Below are positions 11,474-25,905 of a DNA stretch of 64,000 nt, one piece after another. The notes beneath the pieces were generated by a model. The model made no database searches. It was not told where the DNA came from and saw only the letters and a list, made by a program, of their open reading frames with translations. The position numbers were made by a program, and so were the translations under genes. Source of the DNA: Eledone cirrhosa (Eukaryota); the NCBI GenBank assembly GCA_964016885.1, contig OZ024740.1, forward strand, positions 381,734,001 to 381,798,000. The letters run 5' to 3'. The number at the start of each line of letters is the position of its first letter. The first letter of the stretch is position 1.

Positions 11474-14400
11474 GCTGGTTCGCTGGGATGTTAGAATTCA
11501 GACTTTCTATTGAAATAAAGAAAGTAGAGATATGTAGGTTTATTTGTGTGCTTGTGTGTGTGTGTGTGTGTGTATAGGAAGATGATTCTATTAGTAGAAA
11601 TGGGGGAGGGAGTTGTGTGCGTGTGTATATGGGTGTTATGTGTGTGTGTGTGGGGGGGGGTATTATGTGTGTGTGTATGGGTATTATGTGTGTGCGGGAG
11701 TATGGTTAGCATATTAAGATGAAGAGAATATATGTATTTTGTGTGTGTGTGTGTGTGTGTGTAGGAAAATGATTCTGTTAGTAGAAATATTTTTGAATGA
11801 ACATATTTTCCTTATTTATTCGTATTTGTTCTGTTGTATTGTCAGCGCAAAAGTATGTTAATGTTTATTTAGTTCGGGTTTTTATTTTCTAAAGTAGAAG
11901 GTGTTATGTGTGTGTGTATGAGTCTGTTTGGATGGTTAGCATGTTATGGTCTTGACATAATGTATATTAAACCATATTTAATGCTGGTCTATATTTTTGA
12001 ATAAACATATTTTCCTTATTTATTCGTATTTGTTCTGTTGTATTGTCAGCGCAAAGGTAAAATGGGAAGACTTGGAATTTGGGTGTCTTATTACTTGCGC
12101 ATATGTCTAGATGTGCACTTAGTGGTATATGTCTCGTGGTTGAAATTATATATATCAGAATATATATTAATATAAACAAACAGCGAAACCGATAAGAACA
12201 GAAAACATACACAGAAACGCCCATGAATACATATGTATGCATGTATGTGTGTGTGTATGTGTGTGTTTGTATATGCGTGTGAGGTGGTGAGCATGTGTGA
12301 TTCCAAGTATATGACCGACTGTGTGCTTGTATAAGAACGTGTATGTTCAGTGTAATGGTAAAGATAAATACGAGCTTGTCTGGTATACCGTATATTCCAT
12401 TGTTGTTGGCCCTAAAATTACATTATGGATAGAGTCATTTACCGAGAACTTTATCCTATTAAAATGACCTTTCTCTTATGTCAATAGTTGTAATTTAGAA
12501 AACGAATGTACTTTTAGAATAACTATAGCATTAAAATAATATGTTTCTTGCAGTTCATTGAAGAGATTAAAATGATAGCACTAGAATTTTAATATGGAGT
12601 ATATCAATTTATTGGTAGATTGCTATTTCCTTTTGTTACCATCTTTGGTCATGTTAAATAACATATCCGTACCACTAATTAGAATTCATCAATTTAATTC
12701 ATCAATTACTATAACATGCTCTATCAATCTCGACGTTCGCTTTCCGATTATCACATTTTCACATCCTATTATATCATCGATTTCAATTAAGTAAACGTAT
12801 TTGAAATCTTTATCGTAGTCTTTAAATGTACTATAATTTGGTAGCGAGCTTCATTGTAAAGTAATATGATTTTTCCTTTGTCAATGATTTTCTGCCGGCA
12901 CGAATGGCGCAATATCCTAGATTTTCCGTTTCCCATATAGACAGGAATTTCATTTTACCTCATCATATCATAGTTTCAAACATTCATTAATTTGAGGATT
13001 ATCTTGTAGCAAACGGTGCAATGAGATGTTATGTTCTTTGTGATTGAATATGTTCCACTGTTGCTTCATGCAGGATCACTAAAACCATGACATGGGGTCG
13101 CTCCCCATATTTCCCCATTTCATTATATTTCCTGGCCTCACATTTGTTTAATAAATGATGTATTCACTACCATCTAAAAAATTCAGCATCGCAAAGGCAT
13201 TGTACATTGCTGCGTCAGTCTAGAGGGAACAATTATTGAAGTATTTTGTTTCTTCGCTGTAGTGTACTCTACTCAACTTCACATTTGATTGAATGTGTTT
13301 GCCATACATCATCTCATACTGGGTACGTCACAGAATGTAATAGTTTATTGGTTGTTTCTTACCCGCAAACTCCTCTGTGACTACTCTGTATTTGCTCGAG
13401 TTTTAGTGTAATTAAGACTACATTATGGACTTCCATATTTAATGCCTCAGGGTATGCTTTGAGAATTACCTGATCGCTACTTCTAGTAAATCGAGAAAAA
13501 GTAAAGTCTCACTCATGAAAAGCAATTCCTTGTATTTATTTCGTTGCTTTTGTGATGTCTCCCGAATCCACTTATGATATTAAAACCATAGAAAAAGGCA
13601 CGATCAACATGAGTTCAATTTACTCGCATGTGAATGTGAGTTTGTATGTGAGAACTATATACCTGTAGGTTTCGAATATCTGACATTCTATTTTCAGATA
13701 TAGCGGACGATACAACGTAGGACTACATTAATTACACCTAGTAATGTTATCTCCTTCACATTGAATTCAAATACTATTGGCGTGAAATCTTGTAAATTGG
13801 TGGAGTATATATATATAATAGATCAGATTAAATATCTCTTGATATATCTTGTCCCAAATATAAACATTTACGGTTGGTAGCATCGTTGACGTTTATGTCA
13901 TATATCTTGCAGCTATGCACCAATGTTCATATATTTGTCCTATTTAACATAATCTCTCTCTGCACTTAGGCACCCATAAACCTAAGTCCGAAGTTTAATT
14001 CAATAATCGTTTTCAGTGTGCTAAATTATATATTAATAAGTAGGATCATTTGATTCTTTTAACCTGTTGACCTATTGAATCGCTGAATCGCAGTATTAGC
14101 ACTAAATTCTTCTTCTTCATGTACAGTATCAAATAGGTGCATAATCACTCCATTCCCTATATAATTTCGTGCTGTATTCATAGTTATAAGAATACTCTAA
14201 GCCATTGATAGCACTGCCTAGAGCACTAATTATTAAGTACCCATAATATATACTTAAATCTGTGGCTTGTGGAAACCTTATAGCACTTTTCAATGTATTT
14301 AACAACACGCTACTGGCTCAGCCCTCTTTGTTATATCAATGACTAAAATCGCAAAGGACGCAGAAACATGTTTTATTTCATTCAAGAGATATAAAATAAT

Positions 14401-15223
14401 TCATGACATTAATTTGTTTTCAAAGTGTAATTATTCAATTAAAAATAAACAATTATTCTTTATTAAATCTAACCTCATTAATACACCACTCTTAATCACA
14501 TCCATTGATAATATATTATGGCGAACAGAAAATGTTCCGGGTGAAACGATTTTGCTTCAATTTCCTCATTAATGCACATAGGAAAGGCTTAAATTATCGT
14601 GTATTTTCATCCCTTTTCACATGAACATTTTAGATATAGTATCCATATATATTAGTTATGATTATATGATTATTAAGACAGCACTATTATATGTAATTAA
14701 ACTTCGGGTTGAATGATTTAATCGTGAAAGTCCTTGATAAATATCACAACAGATAATTTACCAAAACATGCATTTATATGGATGAATCGATTCTTTGGAG
14801 AAGAATATATAGTGAACAAATCTACCAGAAGAGTTTTATGATACAAATACACGCTATCTATTGAAATAATACCAATGAACCCGATCTGGTTGTTTAATAA
14901 ATTGAATTACTATCGGTGAATACATTATCTAGTGAATAACTGGTGATAGTTTTGTGAATATTTTGGATAAGATATTTCTCGAAATCTTCGTTGACGGCGA
15001 CGATTCCTACATCAGTGATGATAATAAAATACATAATTTCTCTTGTTTATTGAACTTAGAAAATGTCAACTAGTTATATATGGGCAATAATTCAGTTTTA
15101 AAATCTTGGTCAGGTTTTAGTTGGGTTTGAGTGATGTAAAAAGTTTCAAACTATTTTTTCATAAAATAGAATAAAATATTCTTCAATATTCTTCATTCTC
15201 TCTCTTGACTCATTCCCCCTGCC

Positions 15224-15302
<79 letters not shown>

Positions 15303-15303
15303 C

Positions 15304-15377
<74 letters not shown>

Positions 15378-15505
15378 AAAGTTCTATTTAAAGTTGTTGG
15401 GATACAACAAGTAAATATTTTTATAACTGATATAAAGCACTCGACAAGTTTTTGGAGTAGATATACGATATTAATAAATGGAAACTATATTTATAAAACC
15501 ATATT

Positions 15506-15570
15506 TATTTCATTATACATATTTCAGGGATACCACATTAAATTATGGTATGCCTTCATCAGACAAAATA
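15506..15570 (-). ncRNA. Type I hammerhead ribozyme (mirror copy)
   Basis: Reverse complement of 15711-15775. Confidence 0.8.
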
Positions 15571-15710
15571 CAATATATAACAGTTTTACAAATAGCTTTG
15601 ACGTACCCTTTTAAAATACAACCATTACTTTTGGAGGAGACAGCCTCCAAAAGTAATGGTTGTATTTTAAAAAGGTACGTCAAAGCTATTTGTAAAACTG
15701 TTATATATTG

Positions 15711-15775
15711 TATTTTGTCTGATGAAGGCATACCATAATTTAATGTGGTATCCCTGAAATATGTATAATGAAATA
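15711..15775 (+). ncRNA. Type I hammerhead ribozyme
   Basis: tattttgt-CTGATGA-aggcataccat...gtggtatccct-GAAA-tatgta-TA-atgaaata. Confidence 0.8.
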
Positions 15776-15814
15776 AATATGGTTTTATAAATATAGTTTC
15801 CATTTATTAATATC

Positions 15815-15865
<51 letters not shown>

Positions 15866-15977
15866 TAAGAGGAATTCCAACTTTGTCTGATTTACTCGTT
15901 TTATTTACAATCCTTTAAAACGTATAATGGTATTATAATGAAATAGTATGATAGAATATTAAATTCTAAGTGTTAAT

Positions 15978-16016
15978 TGAACAAGTACTTTCATGCTTTC
16001 GCAATCTTCAGGTTCA
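15978..16016 (-). ncRNA. Minimal hammerhead ribozyme (mirror copy)
   Basis: Reverse complement of 16067-16105. Confidence 0.8.
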
Positions 16017-16066
16017 TAATATGTGGTGACAGTCAAGTTTGCAAACTTGACTGTCACCACATATTA

Positions 16067-16105
16067 TGAACCTGAAGATTGCGAAAGCATGAAAGTACTT
16101 GTTCA
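16067..16105 (+). ncRNA. Minimal type I hammerhead ribozyme
   Basis: tgaac-CTGAAGA-t-tgc-gaaa-gca-t-GAAA-gtac-TT-gttca. Palindromic stem III AGTACT. Confidence 0.8.
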
Positions 16106-16256
16106 ATTAACACTTAGAATTTAATATTCTATCATACTATTTCATTATAATACCATTATACGTTTTAAAGGATTGTAAATAAAACGAGTAAATCAGACAA
16201 AGTTGGAATTCTTCTTATTAATATAATCTTCTATACACAATCATACACACCCGTGT

Positions 16257-16815
<559 letters not shown>

Positions 16816-16898
16816 GGAGGTGAGTTTTATTGTAGTACAATAAAGCAATGCAGATATCGGATAAGAAGCACTCTACAGTTTGTGGGACTGGAGTATGC

Positions 16899-17167
<269 letters not shown>

Positions 17168-17187
17168 CATCTATACACACACACACG

Positions 17188-17293
<106 letters not shown>

Positions 17294-17429
17294 AATATAT
17301 AAAAAAATATATATATATATGTGTGTGAGTGTGTGTGTGTATCGACAGTCGATCGACTTTCGTCAAATCGGACCGAGGAAACTATGTTTCAATGGTCTTT
17401 CTAACTGCTAATATGCTCTATCGGTCGCA

Positions 17430-17557
17430 ACTCGATGTAGAAGGAGCAACCTGAAATAAAGTGTTTCACCCATGGACATAACGCATCGCCCGGTCCTGAA
17501 ATCGAACTCACAACCTCACAATTGCGAATACAATTTTCTAACCACGCAACCACGCGC

Positions 17558-17559
<2 letters not shown>
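17430..17559 (-). mobile_element. Second tRNA-derived SINE family, head region
   Basis: Minus strand aggcgcgtggttgcgtggttag...gtgagttcgatttc (A/B boxes). Related to 47913-48177. Confidence 0.7.
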
Positions 17560-17597
<38 letters not shown>

Positions 17598-17637
17598 ACA
17601 CACACACACATACACCCCCCACACACACGCGCACGCA

Positions 17638-17726
<89 letters not shown>

Positions 17727-18610
17727 ATATATGATTATAGACATCTGTATGTCCGTGTATTTTATGTTTATATGTATTTATAATATGGATGATATATCCA
17801 ACAAAAAAATCATTTTCATATTTTGAAATTGATAATCCATGAGTTGTCTTCATTTTCATAGCTGATATCTTTTACTTCTTTTAGATGATTTATTTAAGAA
17901 TATGAATGATGTATTTCTCAACAAAAAGCTGCGTTGTTCTGTTTTCTTTTTAGTATGTGGTCATTGTTAATATGTATCATGGTTAGTTAAATGTGATATA
18001 ATCATTAGCAATATTCATTGTCATTTAAGTGTTTCTAGGTTGCATTCAACTAAATCGAGATAATTTTAATGAAATAAATTCAAAAAATTGCATTGAAAGA
18101 AATGATTAATATCTAACATTCACTTCTTCAGGCATTGTATCATGCCAGCAGTCGTGACTGTAATGTATTAGAATTATTTAGATTTTTACCATATTATTGC
18201 AATAACCAAACACTTTCTATTGCAGTATGTTTCACATGATGGGATATAAAACATGAGCAATGGATCAATTATTTCGTCAACAAGTAATGAAGGAGAAAGA
18301 CAACGTATTTATACGTTCTAGATGATATTCCAAGATAGTAATAATGGTAGAGCTGCGTATGTCGCTGCGTTTCTATTAAAATTGACGATTTTAACTCCTT
18401 TGGATTTCTCTAGTATTGTCAGACCCAGTTTTGGGTTAAATAAGTCGTTTGTCAATTAAGCTGTTGAACTAGTGAATCTCAAATAGATTGTGTTTAGCAC
18501 CTGTGCCTGTCAAACACCCTCATAAGCGTCACTGCCGCAACACTTTCTCCACTGAATTGGTTGGGTGTGAAAGATTGGATTGCATTATCTTAAAGTGTAT
18601 ATACTTGCAG

Positions 18611-18733
18611 CTGGGAACCGCTTGTGAAACCAATCGCCCGAAGAAACTCCGTTGAAATGAAAGTACACCGTGAATTCTTTTGTCGGAGCCGGCTGAATCC
18701 AATATGGGTGAACGTCGCCACAATTACAATTAA
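18611..18733 (+). CDS. Candidate internal exon of an unidentified gene (phase 2-2): WEPLVKPIARRNSVEMKVHREFFCRSRLNPIWVNVATITI
   Basis: ttgcag| acceptor and |gtaaga donor, 123 nt, one open frame, higher GC than the flanks. Weak pyrimidine tract and no recognised homology. Confidence 0.3.
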
Positions 18734-18959
18734 GTAAGATCAGTGATAATGGTGCGCCCAGTTAGTTATCTAAGTACACGTGGAGGTAAGTATCATGCTA
18801 TCTCACAATATACAAATCTTATAATTCGCTTTGGACTCCTAACATTTATTGGTGGCTAGAAGAACAGTTCTTTTTATATAGATAGATCGCTGTACACTAG
18901 TAAACAGCTATGTGCTTGTGGCCTATTATGCATTGACAAACCATTAATTCAGTCAGATA

Positions 18960-19090
18960 TTTTGTCAGAACAACACTGTTGTATCTACATAAACATTAAT
19001 CATATTTCTCGAGTATCTTTTCATCATGAAAAGATACTCTAGAAATATGATTAATGTTTATGTAGATACAACAGTGTTGTTCTGATAAAA
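18960..19090. repeat. Near-perfect hairpin with about 65-bp arms
   Basis: ttttgtcagaacaacactg...ttttcat-c-atgaaaa...cagtgttgttctgataaaa. Confidence 0.92.
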
Positions 19091-20691
19091 CACATAAGTG
19101 TGTTTTATCTTTTCCTGGAGGGAATATTAACATGTACTTTACGTGGATTTGTATAATATAACTCAATGGCAATTAGTCCGTAATGTTGTTGCTTTCAATT
19201 TTAATTTACTCCACCATTTAGCAATCATGATTGTTCTATTAGCAGCACATTTACAGCTAACATAAATATCTCACTATGAGGTGCACATGAAAACATCTCT
19301 GAACACCCTAACACAACTAATCCCTAAATCGTCTTGCACTTCAGAGTGGCTCTTAGGTCTTTCTCTTTTCCTCACACTCTACCAATTCTGATGTATTATG
19401 AACTTTAATTACACCTCCCACGATCTTCCTTAAGTTCAAAGGTGATTTGACCACGATGATATCTTTGAAACCAACGTTGCCTTGTGCATTCTAGCCATAT
19501 GTGCTGCACTGCGACTGAGTTTAACTCATAGAAATGAAATTGGGGAAAACACATTTTGATCTCTTAAATTCAAAATTGACAAAAATTCAATTCATATTAA
19601 AGAAGAATTCCCTGGAAAACTGATAATATAAGCTTTAAAATGATGTTTAATTTTACACATCTTGTCTGAGTTTTTATTTTTAAATGATGGTGAAACAAAT
19701 AATATCTCTTTTAATTTTTGAACAATCTAATAGTTGTTTTGTTGATTAGGGCTAATGGGAGTAGGGCAACCGCAGGTGTTGCCGACATTATTGGTTTAAA
19801 GTGACAAGCGGAATACACACTTGGCGTGTATACGCACATGGTACAAACTATATATGATATTGATATGAATATTTAGATTTGTGTGCAGTGTGGAATTGAA
19901 TTCAAATCTGGCTAAAAATTTGGATATTTGCATTGGAAGATTACTGCTAACGTTCCCTTATAATTGAGGAATTAATCACACATATTCAGTAATGTTTGTA
20001 GAGAGACTCGTATGTCCAAAAAGAGTGGTTGTAGTTTGAGAGACGATAACTTTCGAAGTAATGTACAGAAGTGTGTTTTAAATAATCTAAAAGGATTTGT
20101 GGTGGTTAGTAAAAAATGTCCAGCTTTTATGTGTCGGTGAATGTTTTTAGAATTTGCAACGCAGGTATGACAGATTTCGAGCTGTGCTTTGATTTTGTGA
20201 GGGACATTGCTGGACATGCCCTAATTGACGTGTTGAGGGTCCTTGTTTGTAATCCGTAATGGGCCAGGTTTGAATCAAATGAACTGTCAGTATTAATTAA
20301 GTGAATGAATAGTGAAAATCTGATTAGTCACCTAACTTTCAGTGGGAAATAGTTCGCGTATTGGTGTCAGGTAGGTTTCATTCCCAACCCGACTTCTCAT
20401 AGCCATCACCACGACCAACAACAACACCACCACTATCACCAGCACGACTACTACTACTACTACTACTACTACATGTAGGATTGCAATTTATGCCAACCAA
20501 ACTAATTATCAGATACAACATGATCACACATTGCCCCTGAAAAATTGGTAAAAAAATCTTATACATATTTGTTTCTTACATTAGCCAAAAGGATATATCG
20601 TTACCGGGGGGGGGGGGGAGTATTATCAGCTTCAGTATAAGCATGACATGACAGACAGTAAAAGGCATTGCATATGTATATAGATAGATAT

Positions 20692-21130
20692 CTTTCTTTA
20701 TTTGCCACAGGGGTGTACAAAAATGGGACATTACAAGACGTGACGGCGGGTGTTTACATAAAAATAACTTTAACGTTAATAAATAACAATAAACTATATA
20801 TAATAAAATAACAATTGAAATCCCCAGTAGGAGGAACGATACTGCAGGGTTGTTTTACACCCCATGGATAGAACAACCCTCAACACCAGGAACACTTTTT
20901 GTAGGTGTTCCTGTCTTCCATCTGTTTATCTTCCTCAACCTACAGGTTTATATACAGATAGATAGATAGATAGATAGATTTCTTTATTTGCGACAAGGGC
21001 GCACAAGAAAAGGGGACAGTACAAAGACACATGGCGAGGATTTTACATACAGTCGTGTAAAAAAAGTTTTAACATGAAAATATAACAATGGAAATCCCCA
21101 ATAGGGGGAAGGCGTTACAAATGGGTTGAT
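20692..21130 (-). mobile_element. Two Tx1-like LINE 3' UTR fragments separated by (GATA)n
   Basis: Each begins (plus strand) with ttctttatttgc next to gata repeats. They match 24453-24720 and 6944-7070. Confidence 0.8.
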
Positions 21131-21152
21131 ATGTAAGTAGGTAGATAGATCA

Positions 21153-24100
21153 TTTTCTTTTTATTTGCCACCAGGGCATCAAAAAGTGGGACAAGTACAA
21201 TGGGGGGGAGTTTACATAACAAGGCATCCTCAATAAGGAGGAGGCAATAACAAAATATAAAAATAAAATAAAATATAACAAGATAAAATTTATAACAAAA
21301 TCCTCAATAGAGAGGAGACGCCTTGTGGGGTCACACACACCCCCGAAGAAAAGTGTGCAACCCTTCTCCTCAGGAGCACAGGGAAGGGGTGCTCCCTTGG
21401 TCTTTCAACTTCCTCACCTATAGTCTGATGTAGAGTGAAGGTCCATTCACACGGGCCATTCTCGCCACTTTCACCCATCTTTCATAAAAGCGGCTGGGGT
21501 GCAGCACCTCTATCCCCATCCTGATCCTTCTTCTGAAATGATATCGGAAGAAACGGACAGTTGTTGGCCAGAGAGAAAGGTGTCTGACCTCAGTCCTTTC
21601 AGACGCGTCCACCATACAACCTCTTTCGCCATGACTATTACGCACAGAAACACCGCCTCTCCTTCGTTTTTGAAGAGGGGAGGCGGCTTGATCGTTACAA
21701 TAGACACGGTGGTCAACCGGATCGGTCCCACCCTTGACAGCAGTTGTTCGACATAGCCCCACAGATCGGCAATGCCCGAGCAGTGTACCAATGCGTGTGC
21801 AACGGTTTCCTCGTCGCACACGCATCTGGGACAGATCTTTTTCGAAGGGTCCCTACCCGGGCGCCCGGGTCTGTAGAGCCTTTCTCGAACGGGCAGAGCC
21901 CTTCTGTAGCACTGTCAGGCCAGGGACCTCTGGAAGTTAGCCATGGGTCCCGGGCTGATGTTCTACCGAACAGGTTGTCCAGTTCGTCTTCCTGCGTGCC
22001 TAGGGCTTCTCCGAGGGCGTCGTCGCACCTGCTAACCACCAGCCCTCTATAGAATGACAAGGTGGATTCTCCACTGACAGCCGGGTCCGCCTGCCAGAGA
22101 GCCGTGAGCGCCTGGGCACACTCGGTGTGCCAGGCGCCCAGTTTTCTCGGATTTTGCTTGACCCAGGATTGCAGCCCGGTGAGTGAGACGAGTCTGGGAA
22201 AGGCTCGCCTCACAAACGGGGCCCACACCGGTTGACCGGAGAGGAATACCTGGAGGTGCCGTTGCCTTAATGCGTGTTTACGTATCATTAGCCACGGCAT
22301 CCCAAGCCCTCCTTTCGAAGGGTGTTGACAGCAGATGGAACTCCTCACCATAGGAGCCCGCTTATTCCAAAGGAATTGGAAGAGTGCGCGCTCCATTTTG
22401 GCGAGCGTTTCCCTTGGGCAAGGCACAACGGTCAGGCGGTAGTAGATGACGGACGCTATATAAGTGTTCGCCACCTCCGCCCGACCTTTCAGGGACAGTT
22501 TGCACTCGGCCCACTTCTGGGTCAGTGCAAACACCCTATTCGTTACCTCACCCTAGTTCTTCTCCACCTGCAGGTCTGGGCCGAACCAGACCCCGAGCAA
22601 CTTCACCGGGCCCTCCGTCCAGCGCCCGACGACGCCATCGGAGGGCATCGATCTGCCTATCCACGTGCCGAGTTGCAGACCCATCAAATTGTCCCGGTTC
22701 AGCTTAGCCCCTGTAAACCTTTCGTTCGCCTCCAGTAAGGTGCCGATCGCCCCGATTTCCGAGGCCGTCGACACCATTACTGTTACGTCCTCGGCGTAGG
22801 CCGACACCGCTTTCCGCAATCCCGGTTCCAACGGGATGCCCTGCAACAACTCCAACTTCCGCAGCAGTGGCTCTAGAGTCATTACATACTGAAGGGAGGA
22901 GAGAGGGCACCCCTGTCGGATGGACCGCGTGATTTCGAACGGCTCCGAGAGGTAGCCGTTCACCTTGACCCTAGAGCAGATGCGGCTGCTGTGCATGGCA
23001 TTGATCTAGCCCCTGAAAACGGGTCCGAAGCCTGCCGCCGCTAGCACCGCATCCAGGTAACCATGGTCGACCCTATCGAACGCCTTAGATTGATCCAAGT
23101 TGATCAGGGCCCCACCAAAACCGGGTTCGTTCCCAACCCTCTCTATGATGTATCGCATGAGGTGGAGGTTGTCGTGGATGGACCTGGACGGGATTACACA
23201 TGTCTGCGCACCTCCCACCAGGTTGCCCACGACAAGCGCCAACCTCTTTGCTAGCACCTTGGCCAAAATCTGTAACTCTGTATTTAGCAGAATTATGGGC
23301 CTGAAATTATTTATATCGTCCCTCCTCACTAGCGTGACTACGCCCTTGGTCACAGCACAGGGAATTCTCCCGTTCTGTTGCCAGTTGCAGTAGACCGCCT
23401 CGAGGAGATCGGGGAACAAGTCCGGCATAGCTAGATATAGTTCGTATGGAAGACCATCGAGACCCGGGGATTTGCGTTTGCCGCATTGGCTCAGCACGTC
23501 CTCTATCTCAGCGGCTGAAATCGGCTCCTCGCAGGACTTCGCCTCTCTGTCCGAGAGACGCGGCAGGCCGTCGAGGTATGGACCGAAGTCCACATCCCCA
23601 ACCGGCTCCCCGCCCCTTCCGAACAATCCGGCAAAGTGCTTTTGAAAAGCCTCGCACATATGCTTAGGTTCAAGGATCACCCGTCCATCCTGGTCTCGCA
23701 AAGATCGGATAGTGGATCTGCTCCCTCTTTTGGCTTCTGTCACGCGGGCCCAGCTAACAGCTTTGGTCCCCTCGTTCCCCAGAGCACGTATTTTGCTTTG
23801 GACGATGCAGCCTTCGTGTTTCGCTTCGAAGAACTGGCCCAGGGCCGTTCTCGACGCTAGCACTCTGGCCACGTCGCCGCTTCTAATTACCTCTTCTACA
23901 CTATCTACCAACTCCCTTTCCCTCCTATTTCTATTTGAGGCTAACTCCTTACTAAATTCTATAGAGACTACTCTAATCTCTCTTTTGAGAGATCCCCACC
24001 ACCTGCTGTTGACGATGGCGCCCGCCAACCGCTCCTTAACTAAAGTGCTAATCCAGTCCCTGTAAGCCTTACTTGCCGGTAAGGACAAGTTGAGCTTCCA

Positions 24101-24183
24101 GTAACCGGGTCCCTGTCTATGAGTTCTGTCAAGGTTGACCATGCAGGTCACTAACTTGTGGTCTGAATAGTCAACCATGCGCG
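21153..24183 (-). mobile_element. 5'-truncated Tx1/L1-clade LINE
   Basis: ORF2 pieces: endonuclease end SDHKLV, GPGYWKLN, KSPGLDGL, FRPIILLN, LDQSKAFDRVDH, RQGCPLS, YAEDV (from YADD), KGGLG, and a C-terminal Cys/His knuckle EETVAHALVHC. 3' UTR present, (GATA)n at both ends. Confidence 0.93.
21418..24180 (-). pseudogene. Disrupted LINE ORF2 (endonuclease C-terminus, reverse transcriptase, zf-RVT)
   Basis: Split over ORFs 23006-24256, 22553-22996, 21713-22534 and 21510-21821 by stops and frameshifts. Confidence 0.9.
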
Positions 24184-24266
24184 TAGATAGATAGATAGGC
24201 AGACAGACAGATAGATAGATAAATAGATAGATAGATATGTTTCTTTTATTTGCCACCAGTGCATGT

Positions 24267-24346
<80 letters not shown>

Positions 24347-24450
24347 ATAGACAAATAAATAGATGAATAAATGGATGGATGGATATATAGATAAATAGAT
24401 AGATATATATCTTTCTTTATTTGCCTAGAGAGATATATAGACTGACAGAT
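24184..24450. repeat. (GATA)n microsatellite with two tiny Tx1 3' stubs (about 24240-24265 and 24411-24425)
   Basis: GATA runs interrupted by ttcttttatttgccaccag and tttctttatttgcc. Confidence 0.85.
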
Positions 24451-24452
24451 AT

Positions 24453-25372
24453 CTTTCTTTATTTGCTACATGGGCGTACAAAAATGGGGCATTACAAGAC
24501 ATGACGGCGGAGCTTTTACATCAAATCATATAACTTTAACATTAATAAATAGCAATAAACTATATATATTAAAATACCAATTGAAATCCACAATAGGGGG
24601 GAACGTTACTGCAAGGTTGTTTTACACCCCATGAGTAGAACAACCCTCAACACCAGGAACACGTTTTGTAGATGTTCCCGTCTTCCCTCTGTTTATCCTC
24701 CTCAACCTACAGGTTTATATACACTCGGGCCATTTTCGCCACAGTCACCCACCTTTCAGCGAATTTACTGGGAATTTACTGGAAATTTACTAGCACCTCT
24801 CTCTCCACTCTCACCTTCCTTCTGAAGTGGTACTTAAAGAGGGGATAAGTTGTTGTCCGGAGAGAAAAGTGTTTGCCTTCAGTCCTTTTAACCTCGTCTA
24901 TCATATTACCTCTTTCGCCATAGCCACAAGACAGAGGAAAACCGCCTCTCCTTCATTCTTAAATGAAGGCGGCGGGTTGATCCTCACCATGGACTCGGCT
25001 GACAACTGGATGCGTCCCACACGTGACATTAACTGTTCGACATAATTCCACAGGTCGCTCACACCTGGGCACTGAACGTGCAGAACGGTTTCGATCTCCT
25101 GCTCGCATTTTGGACAGGTCCTTTTAGCAGGATCTCTGCCAGGGCGTCCGTGCCTGTAGATTTTGTCTCGAACTGGTAGAGCTCCTCTATAGCACTGCCA
25201 GGCCAGAGACCTCTGGAAGTTATCTATAGGCCCTGGTCGGAAAGTCCTGCTGAACAGACTGATCAGTTCGTCCTCCTCGATGCCTACAGTTTCCCTGAGA
25301 ACGTCGTCGTACTTATCCTCCACTAATCACCTATAGAATGTCGAAGTGAAGTCTCCGCTGATTGTCGTTTCT
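24453..25372 (-). mobile_element. Second Tx1-like LINE 3' fragment (diverged subfamily)
   Basis: ORF 24901-25323 FQRSLAWQCYRGALPVRDK...CPKCEQEIETVLH parallels 21510-21950. 3' UTR present. Confidence 0.88.
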
Positions 25373-25764
25373 CGTGCTGTATGCAACACAGTATATATAT
25401 TTAAATATATTTATTCTTAATAAGTTGCTGGTTTGGGGCAAAGACATATTTGTGAAACAAGAAATAATATAATTTCAAATATATTAGTGCCTATAATCAA
25501 TTTTCAGTGCAACTAGAAATGATCATTATCCCACATTCAATGGATAATACTTAAATCTACATAAATCTAATATAGGTATAGACATTACTAATTTCGTTTG
25601 AGGATAACTACGAGTGGTGCCTAAGAACCTGAAGCAAAGTCCTACGTGTTAAAATTGTATTTAACCATGCTGCATGGGAATTTCATGTTATACTCCTATT
25701 CACGCATAACAATATCCCCTTAAAATCACCATTGGAGACTACTATCATGCATGCAAGAAAACTA

Positions 25765-25905
25765 CATCATCATCGTCAGTATCATCATCATCATCATCAT
25801 CATCATCATAATCGTCATCTTCATTGTAGCCATCATCGTGTTCATTATCACCATCACAATATTCAATATAGTATTCATCACAATCAATAAAAAACATTAT
25901 CATCA
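25765..25905. repeat. Degenerate (CAT)n microsatellite
   Basis: Visible trinucleotide run. Confidence 0.9.

Larger units (their letters stand above)
15461..15820. repeat. Near-perfect palindrome (177-bp arms, 6-nt loop) carrying an HHR in each arm
   Basis: Centre ttggagg-agacag-cctccaa. One mismatch seen. Abuts (TA)n. Confidence 0.95.
15858..16225. repeat. Near-perfect loopless palindrome (184-bp arms) carrying an HHR in each arm
   Basis: Centre caagtttg|caaacttg at 16041/16042. One mismatch seen. Confidence 0.95.

Noticed and set aside
15478-15803. Pair of 86-aa ORFs on opposite strands
   Set aside because: By-product of the palindrome.
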